NCBI GenBank assembly: GCA_964187785.1
Contig: OZ076409.1
Span: 49,850,001-49,914,000 of the forward strand
Direction: 5' to 3'
Source of the DNA: Amphiscolops sp. MND2022
Taxonomy: Eukaryota
DNA: 64,000 nucleotides
Shown here one piece after another: positions 1 through 13,158 of this stretch. Below the pieces are notes generated by a model. It saw only the letters and a program-made list of their open reading frames with translations, had not been told where the DNA came from and did no database searches. Within the stretch, counting starts at the first letter, position 1. Every line of letters begins with the position of its first letter. A program made the translations under genes and the position numbers.

Positions 1-599
1 TTCCAAGTAGACCGTTGGAATTGAACTGTTTCTTCAGATTATCAATGAACAGATATGAGTGAAAAAAACCTTTGATCTACTGTGGGAGTCTAACTAGTGG
101 TAAAAATGGGACGAGTTGGTTTAACCTTGCTTGGTGCAAAAGTTGGAATATTTTGGGTTTTAAAAGTGCGCATTATATGTGGATTTTACAATCCTCGTAG
201 ATTAGTTGGTGTAGTGGCAAATGAATTCAATTTCCAAAGGGTCGGGGCTCGAGTCACATCATGGCATTAAGGATGGAAAATCTGTTGTCTCGATAGTGCA
301 GGTTGTGTGGTAGTGGAATTTTGTGAATTGGCCTTACAGTACTCTTATCGCAACCTCCAACATGGTCTTCGACCTACAGGTTCTGCGTCCTCGCCTGGCT
401 CAGTAGCAAATGTACATTTCAGGTCATGACTTCTTCAGCCAGAGACCATAGAATCCGGAGGAGCAGCCAATGAGTGTTCGAATTTTGAAACTGTGTTACA
501 ATGTTAGCAAGTCATGAGTAAATTGTATAGGAGAAAGACAATTTTTCATGTATTTTTTTGGGTTAAAATCGTTGAGGGTTCGTTGGGAAAAGTTGCCCT

Positions 600-2700
600 T
601 TTTGTTATTGTCCTTAGATTAGAAGGTCCCAGGGTTGCTGGGGACTGCGTATAGGGTTGCCCCGCCCTTGGGTGCATGATTTGAAGTTAAATTTTTGACC
701 AAATTGTTGCCCACTTTCTATGCTGGTTTATTGAAAAAACCCTGGGCTTGGTAAGTTTGAAGGAACAACCATTGTATTGGATGACCTTCCATCTTTTATG
801 ATCGGGTGTACAAGTACTCTGCAATGGTTTGAAGTTGAGTTGAGTTAAATATTCTTGGATACGGGGAGTTGGGTTTTTGACAAACGCCATGTTTTGTAAT
901 AACAGTCGTGAATTGTTTCTAGTGATAGTTTATAAAAAAGTTCGAAATAACCTTGGTATTTTCCGAGGGCTTCAATAAAACTGAGAGTGACGCTGAACAG
1001 GGCCAAGGCTTCATTACATTTTCTTAGGTACCATTGGATTCTATCGTTGATGGTCGATATTCAGTCGACACTTTTCGTAGAAAACGCCGACTAGAGCAGT
1101 GAATTTTTTTTGGACCAACGAATTGACAGATTTCATAAGCTTTACAAGCTGACTTGCACTAACACTTACTAACTGGCACTCTTCTTCTACTGGCACTTGG
1201 CAAAGAAGGTAATTAAACTCTTTCGAGTCCCGACCTTGACCAAAAGCTTTTTGTGCAGGTTATTTCAGATTTGAGAGTCTTTTTTCGCAGTTTTTATTCT
1301 CTTTTTTCAAAAGAATGGATGTTCGAAAACTCCCAAGTGCCCCCTTTTTACAATTTTTGGCACTATGCGACTTACCGGAGACCAAAACAAATTTCGAAAA
1401 TAATTTTTCTCATGTGGTTACTGTAGAAGAGAATACTTGACATTTTGAAGTCCTTTTGCTATGTTTTAGCCTTAGGTACGGCGCTGACTTGGGCCGTTCC
1501 CGGCTTCTCTCATTTTATATGGGTGGTCGCTTTTGTAGTATATAATAGTCATATTAGGCATTTCCTTGGTATACAGCGATCGTGTTAAAAAACCCATTTG
1601 GTAATGTAGAAGAATGTCGACAAAAATAGCTTCAGAGTCAGAACCTTCATGCGTGAAGGTTAACGTCGGGTTTAGGTATTCGATTTTGGAGAGAAATTTA
1701 ATAGCTTCATCCTCGCTTTTAATGATGGGTATACCATCATCCAGTAAACGTCCATGAGAAAGTGGCTTGGTGTTATCCTGCATGCAGAGGTGTTTTTTTA
1801 TACTGTTTGATATACATATAAATCAGCAATAGATGGAGAGCTACGGAAACCCATATCAAAGCCATGCTTCTATAGCATTAATTTATTGCCGAAAATAGGT
1901 GCGTTGTTGTTGGCATATAACAATTTGATCGCTTCAATTAAGCAGAATAGAGTACTGCCCGTAATAATTTTGCGACTACAGAGTTCTATCTTGATAATAT
2001 TCAAGTTAAAAAACAAAGATTTGGTTAACGGTTGTCTGGAAATGGACTCTGTGTTTGCGGGCAAAGTTTCTCAATCTTGAGAGGCATTCCAGACTGCGTT
2101 GAAAAGTACAAGTGACGCTATTACGATTGGGTTGGATTAATTTACTAAAATGTTCATCTATTTTTGAGCCAAAGTTTTCACAATGTCAATTGTTGGTCGT
2201 CCAGGATAAATTTTCCCTGGGGTATAATCAACAGTTTTTTTGTCTATTTTCCATAGATATTATTTGAGCTTTTCCTTTTCACCTTCCAGATTGAGGAATT
2301 GTTTATATTTTTTGAAAATAGCAGGGTTATTGGCTTCTATATCCTTGAAATAGGATTAAATGCAGTTTTGGTTATTACGGATTATACTAGCGTATGCTCT
2401 TTTAAATGCCTGAAAATTTATCATAGCAGCATATTGTGGAAAAGTAATGGCCACAAAGACATTACCTTTATCCGTTTTTTACATAACAATGAAAGAACGT
2501 TTTTGAGTTCTAACATGGTATTGAAGTCCTTATTAGAACATCGAGTAAAACAAATAATAATCAACGATTTGGTCAATGACTGGTCAGTTCGTTTTTCACT
2601 AGTTTCAATGAGTGCGTTTTTCATCGATTCAACCTCAGTGAAGTTTTACGATCAATTGCCTGACGTGAATTTCAGTTCTTTTGTCTTTCGTTGAAGGTTT
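600..2700 (-). mobile_element. Degraded Penelope-like retroelement (RT and thumb fragments), interrupted by a HINE repeat
   Basis: Minus strand near 1810-1870 reads HGFDMGFRSSPSIADLY (PLE RT motif GxxMGxxxSPxxAxLY). ORF 1472-1783 has RLLDDG followed by LNPTLTFTHE..IFVDILL..LYTKE..YKSDHP, typical of the PLE RT C-terminus. Multiple stops and frameshifts; no GIY-YIG motif seen; boundaries approximate. Confidence 0.7.
1061..1506 (+). mobile_element. Helentron/DINE-like non-autonomous repeat (HINE) copy 1
   Basis: 5' end tcagtcgacacttttcgtagaaaacgccgacta (short inverted repeat); 3' end ggcgctgacttgggccgttcccggctt (sub-terminal inverted repeat plus small hairpin); similar ends recur at four other places in the window. 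Confidence 0.6.
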
Positions 2701-5619
2701 GTGTTGTTTTTTTCTCAGTTTTACACTACGTTCTGTTTTCAAGTCCTTCACAAATTCATCTCCTGAATTTCTGACAGCTTAATGTCGGTAAAATGAAATT
2801 TGACAAGCAAGTATCGGTCAAAAAGTGAAATTTGAGTGAAAAAATGTACGCAAAGCTTCCGTAAAATGAAATGTAACGAATTCAATTCCCCTTAATTTTT
2901 TAAAACACAATACTGCCTTTTTGTTTTTCTCAAAACGGTTCCATGCGTCACTTGACGATTTTTAAAAACGCTTTCTCAAACTATTCCCACTGAAATGTTT
3001 TCGAGAAAATTAGTCAATGTTTTTATGCAAACGCGGTCGTTTTTTGATATTTGCACCTCATAATTTAATCTTTTACTGAAACAGTTGAAACTTGAACATT
3101 CGAATGTAGTATGAGTTTTCAAGCCAACTTTACCTTTACGTTTTGTCAACCTCCGAAAACTTGAGAAATAACGGAATCTGTTTTTCAGGCCTTCTAATCC
3201 GTTGTTCTTGAATGATCGTCTGGGATGGCTTGACTTTGGCGTAACAGGAAATACTTGGCACAACATAAACACACCCCCAAAACTAGTCGAGAAGTAAGTA
3301 AATTTTTGATTTTAAAGCCATTTTGTTGTGAATGAACAAATGAACTATTTTCTCGATGGAATACATGCAGATCGAATTGATCAGTAGACAGCGTCATGGG
3401 AATTTATAGTCGGTCAAACAAGTTGAGGTTCTAAGAAAGGAAACATTTTCAAAAAACCTTTTGAGTCAACAATTTTCTGGCTAGCAGTCAACTCTTTCAG
3501 CAATCAATTGTCATGAAATTCTTTTCCTCGGTGTTTTATCTCCATTCTTTAAATTTATACGCCTAGCTAGCGTAATCAACAAAGCGTGTTGCGCGTTCTT
3601 GCAGTTCAAACGAAACGCAATAACGATGAGTTTTTATATTAACCTTTTTCATCCGAGGATCGATTTTTGTTTGTTCGGAACTGATGGTTTTGTAAAAATA
3701 AACAAATACAGAAGGATTCCTCGTGCAATCAAAAAATAGGTTTGTTAAAAATGTAACTGGTTGGAGTAGTTCTCAAATTGGAAAAAAAACGAGACGTATG
3801 GCGTAAGGAATGTTCGACTGAGCATGTATAGATCAAATTTAGTTCATCAACCACTTTATTTCACCTACACATGAACAACAGGTTGTCCCTTGAAAATGAG
3901 AAGACTGTGAAGGGAGTTTGGCCGTTGCGGTTTTATGAATATATACCCATCAAGTACCCTTCTACGAATTGGACAAAAGTTTTGAGCGTTGTCAGGATTT
4001 TCTTGAGCCCTAACAGGAGTTTGATCAATTTCACAAACGAAGAAGCCACTTTGGAGAGGACAACTTGTGATAGCATGGTAAGAGGTCCAACTTTCATCTA
4101 GATCATGAAAGCTGTGACCAATTTTTCCCTAAATTCATCTTTTTCATGAATTTTTCCAGAGCTTTGCCTAATTCTTGAAAAAAAATGAAATGTGTAGATG
4201 AAACAATACTTACATTTAAGAATGTGGTACCCGATCAGCTATAAATCTTTTTAAAAATTGATGCTCAGAACACTTGCAATCAGAATTGTAATGCTGTTAG
4301 TGACAATTTTCTCATCATGGCATATTTATTGTCTGTAATTTCACATAAAGTAGCTCTACTGTCTTCCAGTTAAACAATTGTTTAAGCAAGAGCTGCTTTT
4401 TAAGTTTACCTTTAATGTTGTGCGGCTTCCTTAATTTCTGTCCATTCTGTTTTTACTTTCAAGACCTTCTTCCTCAGTAGGTTGTACAAATGGCTTGAGT
4501 TAACATTGTCAATGAATTTCACTTTTATTCAGGTCAGCGTAGCGTAATTTTCACGGCCTACTTTTATGCGACTCCTGGTTATTTAATTGCTTGTACATTT
4601 TGTTGAGAACGTTTTCTGGTGTCGCCTAGTTGAAGTATTTTCGCTCTGGTTGCTTTTCCATGCCGTCTTCTTCATTCCGATCGAATTTAGAACTTCGCTC
4701 CAAAAACATCGTTTGCCCATGCTCTACTGTCCATATCATTTCAACTAGTTCTCTTTTGCTGAAAAAGTATGTTGGCAATCACTCAAGTATCATGAAGCGC
4801 ATTCAATTTGTCCATAACCTCCTTTTTCGGAATTCTGCATCAGGAGTGCTCCTAATCCTTCATGGCTTGCGTCGCACCCTATTCACAATTTATTCGGTCC
4901 AATAGTGTGAGAGTGTGTTGTTAATTCTTGTGTTGTTAATTTTTCAGGCTTAGTCTCAGATTCAACCTCTCTAGGATCTTGGTTTCATTTAATCCAATTT
5001 TTCCTATCGTTTTTCAGTTTCCACAATTTGTCAACTTGTTGTCTTGCTCCAGTTTCATATTATCGAAAACCAACCACTTTTCGTTTTTGCACCAAGCTTC
5101 GATACCGGGATTTGAAAACATCCGAGATCTTTTCTCCGTGTCCTTCCTTGATTTTCTCAGTTACACATTGAATGTCGTTTATGAGAACAAAACTATTCTA
5201 AACATTTTATACAACTTCATTCACTTATCGTTGTAACGCAATATGCATGAAAGTGAGCCGGTAAAAACCTGTCCTGAAACAAAAAATAACACTGGGGCTG
5301 CCACCTGCAAACAAAAATATATTGTTTAGCATATAAAACATTCACGAACTCGTAAATTATGATAGATCAACTAACAACGCAAATCATACTTGTCTTGCAA
5401 TACGCATGATTAGAACAGTAACTAACAATCGATGCTGTTACCCACACAGCATTACCAGACAGAAAACGATGAATGGAAAACAACAGAACACACGAGATTT
5501 ACGAATTGACGCCGCTACATGCACAACGTCACAAAGCCAGAAAGGGAAAACGAAGGAAACCGGACTATAAATAATGCAGTTGATCAAGAGATAAACTCAA
5601 ACATTTCACATGAATATAT

Positions 5620-6617
5620 GGTGACGTGACCGTAATACATGCATCCTTTATACATTTACGCAGAATAATCATTTTCCTTCAAATCCATTTCCGTTGCTTG
5701 AAGTAGTTTTCTTGAATACTTCATTTATACATATACGCGGAATAATCATTTCTATTTTCCAACATCCCCATTTCCGGTGTTTGAGGTAGTTGCGTTGAAT
5801 ACGTTAAACCATGTCCCAAAGGTGTGTGTAGTTCTATAGTACGCAGAATTGATTAGTCCATGATTTGTCATTTATTCGATGTTGGTTATGCAACATCATC
5901 ATTTAGTCCTATGTATTATTCTCAACGTTGGTGATATAACATCATCATACTCTCACACCAATGCAATTATTTCGCATATAGTTTTCATAGGTAAAATTAA
6001 TCAAGTCATTTAACCATAGTAACGTACCATCACTGCACTCATACCATTAGACGCAATTGCGCTACCAAACACAAGGTGCTAATTAACACCAATAAAATGG
6101 CGCAGCAAGATTGTCTAATGAGGTCACGTGAACAACACCAGCAAACTCAACAGCAGGTGCCACCGCGCAACCATTACGCTTTGCTTTCCTATAACGTTCA
6201 GCTACCAACTACATCATTTCTATACCAAATTTCATTTCAATACTAACCTAAAATTCTTCCTTCGAACAACTCTCATAAACTTAAAGACTCCAATATTTTC
6301 TTTATGGTTAACACGAGATCTCAATTAGCAAGACATAATCCATAGACATGAGCGGAATGGATAGACATGGCGACACTGTGAGTGAAGGCAGTTTGCTCGA
6401 GATCTTTTCGAGATATCAAATAATTGAGTTCGATAATGGCGACTTGTTGAATTGCCGGAATGACACTGATCGGCATGCAGTAAACCAATGTTTCCTTGAA
6501 ACGAACAAACTGATCAGCGATTTGACAAACCTAGTATTAGCCTCAACAGAGAAGATATCTTCTAGCAGTAGAGAAAGGAACGATTTGAACACTGTCTCAT
6601 AAGGACACGAGACACGT
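5620..6617 (+). repeat. Left LTR of element A (3' end lost by deletion)
   Basis: Direct repeat of 10242-11127; has a ~75-bp tandem duplication at 5657-5800 and the gag-like start MSGMDRHGD at 6348. Confidence 0.65.
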
Positions 6618-7160
6618 ATGCACAACTCTTCCGACCACATCCGGCGCCCAACCGTTCAACCAGATTTGCGCATCTCAGTCACCAATTGCCACACCGCAGA
6701 CTTTCAATTTCCAACCCCAACAAAACAGGGAAACAAGAGGAAGTTTAATGGAAAATGCCGTCAGTGCGGCATACACGGGCACAAATGGGCAGTGTGTAGA
6801 AAACGATTTCGAGAAGAAAGTTATAACAAATCCGCGAACACAAACTCGCAACCCCCAACCCAGCCCAACGCAACATACTAACCAAAACCCAAACACAACT
6901 CCAAATTGGTATGCGAATTTGCGGAAAAGTGGGACTTTCAGCTCGAGACTGTTACTACAGGAATACGGCTATCTCAGCATACCGAAGCGTCCCGTATCCT
7001 AAGCAGTCAACGGAGGAGAATAAACCGTTTCGAAGGGATTTCAAACACATCAACAATAGGGTCTACAATACAAACGAACTGTCTCACTCAACACATGACG
7101 AAGCTGACAGTAAAGAAGAAACCGAAAGACACGATGACTTTGAAGATCGAAAAAACTTCA
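6618..7160 (+). pseudogene. gag: gag C-terminal fragment with two CCHC-type zinc knuckles
   Basis: CRQCGIHGHKWAVC (CX2CX4HX4C) and a degenerate CRICGKVGLSARDC in adjacent frames; AAAAAAC heptamer at 7150-7156. Confidence 0.75.
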
Positions 7161-7492
7161 GAATCCACGTCATCCTCCTCAAACAAAAGTGCGTGCTAGA
7201 ATCACAACTACCCACTTCTACACAAACTCGACTGATGACTTCAAACCACACGGGGTGGCAGCAGTACCTTGCCTCAACTTAAACTGAGGAAACAACAAAT
7301 TTCGTCATCACAAGACATTCGACGGACAACTACACCATCAGACCAAAAGAAAACAATCGACGACCTGAAAGTAACAACATGGAATCGTCACCTCAGAGCA
7401 ATGACTCGAGTAACAAAACTAACGAAGCCAAACAACCCTCATCTTCAAAATCAAACAACACACCGAAGAAAACAAGTTAGGAAATCCGCCAG

Positions 7493-7750
7493 TTGAGTGC
7501 TACCCTGCAACTCAACAAGAAAGACAGTATGTTGTACGTATCACTCCAATTCCGCGAATCAAAAATTTTCCTCTCCTCGACACTGGTGCATTTCAAAGAG
7601 GCATTATCAGAAGCAGAACTTTGTCGCATCCTAACAGCTCATCCAGCCGTCCTCCTTCAAGAACTCCCTGACCCGGAGTTCAAAGTCCAAATCGACAACG
7701 GCAACATGGTGCCAGTGAGAAAACAAGTGTTGCTACGTTTCTTCATTGGC
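7493..7750 (+). pseudogene. Retroviral-type aspartic protease fragment
   Basis: MLYVSLQFRE..ALSEAEL..PEFKVQIDNGN resembles the protease regions of elements B (MLFAPMDFQDLTLDALIDSGA) and C; the catalytic DSG motif is lost by frameshift. Confidence 0.6.
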
Positions 7751-8075
7751 AGAACCAACAAACGTTCCCACAACACCTGCGACGAAGTAAGTCAGCCTGA
7801 GGATTTTTGCCTTTCGACGTCGAACAATAACACAAACACAACATTCATACTTAACAAATCAGTCGCACTCATATCATACCGAAAACAAAGACACTGCATA
7901 GAATACCAATGCACCCTAGCCCTCAATTACAGAATCCCAGTTCCTACGTCCAAAAAATGCAAATATATACTGCAATCGTTGAAACCAGCCAGCTAACCCC
8001 ATGAAACGACGAGGGTATGAACTGCAAATTTGAACGTAGACCCAAACCCTTACCATTAAAACCCCTCACATGGTC

Positions 8076-9250
8076 TCATGATTTGTTACTAGGTTTGGCC
8101 GAGTCACCACCACGAACAGCCACAGACGCTGTTGAACACAGCACGCCAAAAGCTGATGGGACCGCTGATGACGTGCCTTTTTCGGACCCCTCGAGACTCA
8201 GTGCCACTGATGGCGATGGACTGTGTGGACATTGGGATACAACTGTTGAGTGCAAACATGCACCTTGATCTCTAGAACCTTCTTTTGAATCAGGAGGTAG
8301 ACGCGCTGCAACTACCTCTCCCATCGCAGAATTCAACTTCTCCACGAATCCGTCTACTAGCAGACCACCCACTGTCCCAAAACGATTCGGCCTGGCGTCA
8401 ACAGTGTCCTTCACAAGGCCAGACATCTCTTTGGAGTGATATGTAATAGCAGCTTCCAGATCAGTTATCGTCACAAGACGGTCAGACGATCCCCCTAGAG
8501 AGAACACAACGTGAGAGCACAGGTAACCTCCCGACCTACATAAGGCTGGGAGACGATGCTACACTAGACACAACTTGCGTGTAGCTGGAACAGCACAACA
8601 GCTTCTGAACTTCCGAAAAAAAACAACGATTAACCTGCTTGCTTTGCAAGGAAGGCCTCCATCTGCTCTCTTAACTTTGAAATTGAACTCGACGTAGCAA
8701 CAGGCGCCGCCTCAACACGACGACCAATCAGTTGCCGCAGAGCGTTGACAATCTCGTCGAGCATCAAACTTCCTGCAACAACAACACAAGGCGATGCCGT
8801 TATGATAGACTACCCCAGTGAGCACGTGTTGTCCCGAGAAGTACAACAGAGTAGCACGATGCCGCACCGCATCCGTACTACATGCTTTATAAATTATGTG
8901 AAACGCTCAACAACACAGCGTGGACAACGCGATGAGAAAAACAAGAAAAGCACAAGGAGGGAAATGAGAAGCCAAAAACAAGGAGATATTACTTACGGAA
9001 TTCATCAGTTAATACAGCTTCCGAGACAAAAAGAATTGAGAATTGAATGTCGCTGAGCTGACCGAACGAAACCGATTGGCAAAGCTGCAGCATGTAGGAA
9101 TCACACCCTACATCAACAGCTCCGACCTCTCGTCAGCCTCACCAGTGAGATGTGCTTCCTCAGACGACATTACTTCTCCTTCCTCCACTAAATCTCCCTC
9201 AACCGAAAGCAGAGTAGCAGCGACCTCTTCGTCAGAAGGATCGATAACGG
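8076..9250 (-). pseudogene. Remnant antisense spliced gene inside element A
   Basis: Minus-strand acidic segment PSDEEVAATLLSVEGDLVEEGEVMSSEE near 9240-9110, GTAAGT donor at about 8996, pyrimidine-rich intron ending CATGTAG near 8878, and ORF 8076-8507. Confidence 0.4.
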
Positions 9251-10241
9251 AAATCAATAAAGCAAGAACAAATTCTGAAACTAGCGGTGAAACAGGAAAG
9301 GCGATGAAGTGTACTATTACGATTTACCAAGGTTCAACGCCCCTTGCAATGATCTGGTGGACTGATCACCCACATTATTTACGCTAAAGGAGCACCTACC
9401 CGTTCAAAAAGAGTCCCAAACTTTCAGATTCGCATTTATTCATCTACACATACTCATAAGACGCCTGGAGTCTGAAAAGAAAACCCACTAAAAGGGCCAA
9501 TTTACGCTTTTTTATCCGCCTACTCCTATTATCCACCTGATCATGAAGCTTTCACTCGGGATACCGCCTTTGTCAAAAACAGAAACCACACAAAGTCGCA
9601 AGAAATGACACAGGAATGAATCAAAAATATACTCGAAACTGTCAATGAAAAGTTTTCCACACTCATAGTGTTTTCACACTGCCCCCTCCCAATTGAAAAA
9701 ATCTGCAAAACAAATAATCGCTACCACGAAGCTTTGTTCTTGGTTCATTCAATCTCGCTGCAAGCGCTAACAATAATTTGAGCTGAGATTCCCTTTTCTG
9801 CTCGCATTTGGCATCGGCGAAAGCAATGTTTACTTAGTGTACGAAGCCGCAATCCTTTCCGATCTACAAGACTAATCAACCGAGCGAATGAGTACGCTGC
9901 AACGTTTCAATCATTCCGGTTACTCCACTCCAGCCCACTTCTACTTTCAACTTTTCAAATGCGCACGAAGGGATGACGTAGCTATCCTCACCTCACCGAC
10001 ATACTATTGACTCTCAACCGACGCGGAAATTTGACTGCACGAATACTATATCTTCCTCTCGCTTGCCAAGGCAACACGAGCCAGAACAGCTGTTACAGTT
10101 TAAAAATCGACAAGCAGTTCAAATGTAAAGGGTATAACTACATCAGTCGAACCAATTCAGTTAACGCTGCCGACATACCAACACCACTCTGAAACGTCCA
10201 CTGCTCTCTCCCCCGCACCTTCCTGTTTTCTTTCAAGAGGG

Positions 10242-11134
10242 ATACGCGGAATAATCATTTTTATTTTCCATCATACCCAATTCCGGTGTTTGAGGTAGGT
10301 GCGTTGAATACGTTAAACCATGTCCCAAAGGTGTTTGTAATTTTATATTACGCCGAATTGTTTAGTCCATGATTTGTCATTTACTTAATGTTGGTGATGC
10401 AGCATCATCCTTTAGTCTTATGTAATATTTTCAACGTTGGTGATATAACATCATCATACTCTCACACCAATGCAATTATTTCGCATATAGTTTCCATAGG
10501 TAAAATTAAATAAATTCATTTAACCATAGTAACGTACCATCACTGCACTCATACCATTAAACGCAATTGCGCTACTAAACACAAGGTGCTAATTAGCACC
10601 AATAAAATGGCGCAACAGGATTGGCCAATGAGGTTACGTGACCAACAGCAGCAAACTCAACAGAGGTGCCATCGCGCAGCCATTGCGCTTTACTTTCCTA
10701 AAACGTTGAGCTACCAACTACATCAATTCTATACCAACTTTCATTTCAATACTAACCTAAAATTCTTCCTTCGAACAACTCTCATAAACTTAAAGACTCC
10801 CATATTTTCTTTATGGTTAACACGAGATCTCAATTAGCAAGGAATAATCCAATAGACATGAGTGGAATGGATAGACATAGCGACGCTGAGGGTGAAGGCA
10901 TTTTGCCCGAGATCTTCACGAGAGATCAAATAATTTAGTTCGATAATGGCGACTTGTTGAATTGCCGGAATGACACTGATCGAGATGTAGTAAACCAATG
11001 TTTCTCTGAAATGAACAAAGAGATCAGCGATTTGACAAACCTAGTATTAGCCTTAACAGAGAAGATATCCTCTAGCAGTAGAGAAGGGAAAGATTTAAAC
11101 ACTGTCTCATTTGGACACGCGACACGTTCCGACA
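10242..11134 (+). repeat. Right LTR of element A (5' start apparently lost)
   Basis: Direct repeat of 5733-6617, ends in CA, preceded by a short purine run caagaggga. Confidence 0.7.
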
Positions 11135-12552
11135 ACTTGTTTCGCATTTTTTGAAGTTTGAGAATGAACAGTATACAACATTGCTTCTGCTGTTTCGGAA
11201 CGTATTTGTGTTTAATTGGGCGTTGTTTTTCAAGTCTTTCCAATCTCTCCTCTCGTGAAAAGAGTTCCTTGATCTCATTCTGTACTTGTTCTTCAGATCT
11301 TGAAAATAGTCTTGTTCATCCGTACCGCATTATGTATTTAGCTTGCCCAATAATCCTCTGGACAAATCGCCCTCTCTCGCTGTACGCGATTCATTCTAGA
11401 CAAATTATGTTCGAACTTTGCTTAGTTTCTTTGCTCTGGATCAACTCCAATGATTGTCCCGAGAAATTTTGTTTTAAACTTCATAGCTCATTAAAACTCT
11501 ATTCGTTTTTGTCAACATTTTAAACCTCATAGCTCTTCACGCACAGATTCTATACGTATACTTTTTTTGAAGATAGCCAACGGCAAACTAGTGTCGATAA
11601 GAGCGTGAAAAGGGCTCCTGTTAAACTTTCGTTTCAAAACATGTGATTCAGTTATGCTGCCTTCCTCACCTATGTCCGATACTTCAATCTCGTCTGACGG
11701 TCAGTCTGATTTGCTCCACACAGTATTGGAACGAATCGCGTTTTCTTTTCTGTTTGTTTTTGAAGTGTTGTTCTTTTGTTCTGAGTGATAGGTTTTGCCA
11801 CGTACTGCCCTACTTTGCCGCACTTTCTAAGTTTCAGGACTTGACCTTTCTAGCGTGCCAGCACAAATGGTTACTGCACTTATTGGACTGATTGTTTTTA
11901 TCCGATGCTGACACCCTTTACGCAAATTGATTCCTTCTGTTGGTCGCCCTGTTTGAAGGCGATATCAAAAGTGAGGGTCTTTTCTACCATCTTTAGGTCC
12001 CTTAAGTAACACTCCCTGCCTTTTAAATTGTTCATGCTAGGCAGAGTTGGGTCTTTTGATCTGATTGCCAAAGTCGCAATTAGCTGCAAAAATTGTTTTC
12101 TGTTCGAAGTTCTGTGTCGATTCGAAATTCAGTTTTTCTGTGTCAGGAAAGCATGGTTGCGTTCTTGCAAGAGATCTTTCAATGACCTTGCCTGGCTTTC
12201 AGTTCAGTAATGCTTTTTCCACCGCTTCTGCGACGCCAATATAAAAGAAACTGATTACTTTTTTCTGAGCTTTTGATTCTGCCCCTGCTCATCAGTTCCT
12301 TTGTCTGGCAATTGTCGTTTCATCTCGCGTCAGTTGCTCAATGTATATCGACAATTTACCTATCAGTGGGGCTTAAATAAACCTCATATTTCCCATTCGT
12401 GTGCTTTTCCAGAACGGCTATTCCTGACATCCGTTGGTTTTCCGTTTACTGCACCATGTAATAGTGCTGGGAAAAAACAACAGTTTAGGATGACAATATT
12501 TGAATTTGCTGAGGCCACAAGGATGATCTTTATTTGAACAATTTGTCTCACT

Positions 12553-12890
12553 CACAGTCGTTTTTCTACTTGTCCAGACAACTCCCTGAGGTTCCTCCTT
12601 GTGGTTTTTTTGGAACTGTGCGATTTTTGGTAAAGTTTCATTTCACAGAGGGGCTCTCGTTTTTGTTTTTTATGTTTGTGTTGAGGAAAGAGGCATAAAA
12701 GTTTTGGTTTGTGAGGTTGCTCTAATGAGAAATATAACTAAACAGTCCTTTTCATCTTGAAGGAGATCCTTTTGGGTTTTTTTGGCATTGTGCGATTGAG
12801 AATTTTTTAAAACGCAATTCTTGACGCTCTCAGTACTTTTGGTCTGTTTGATCCTTGAGTGGCCTTGACTTATGCCGTTACCGGCCTGTT
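12553..12890 (+). mobile_element. Degenerate HINE copy 2
   Basis: Internal tttggcattgtgcga-type subrepeats and 3' end gacttatgccgttaccggcctgtt similar to the other copies. Confidence 0.4.
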
Positions 12891-13158
12891 AACTATATGG
12901 TTAAAAACACGTGAATAAGTTGCCAAACTTAATGCTCAATAAAATTTAGTTCTGAGCAAACTTTTGTGATTGGGTGTGAGAGCATGATAATTGAATTCAA
13001 GAATTTGAAAAGATAGCGAATTTTTATCCATCACCCAGCAATTCTTCAAAAATCTTTATGGACATGAATAATCTTATGCAGAAAATTCAATCGAAAATTG
13101 CAGAAAAGTTTTTGAGAAATTATAACTCAACGTATCATTAATGTTATATTGAATTTAG

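Larger units (their letters stand above)
5620..11134 (+). mobile_element. Internally deleted Ty3/gypsy-type LTR element (element A)
   Basis: About 0.9 kb direct repeats (5733-6617 and 10242-11127) flank gag zinc-knuckle and protease remnants; the right repeat ends ..ttccgaca; RT and IN are absent; no TSD recognised. Confidence 0.7.

Noticed and set aside
11135..12540. Possible degraded minus-strand coding sequence flanking element A (also 3800-5230)
   Set aside because: Many stops and no motif I can identify with confidence.
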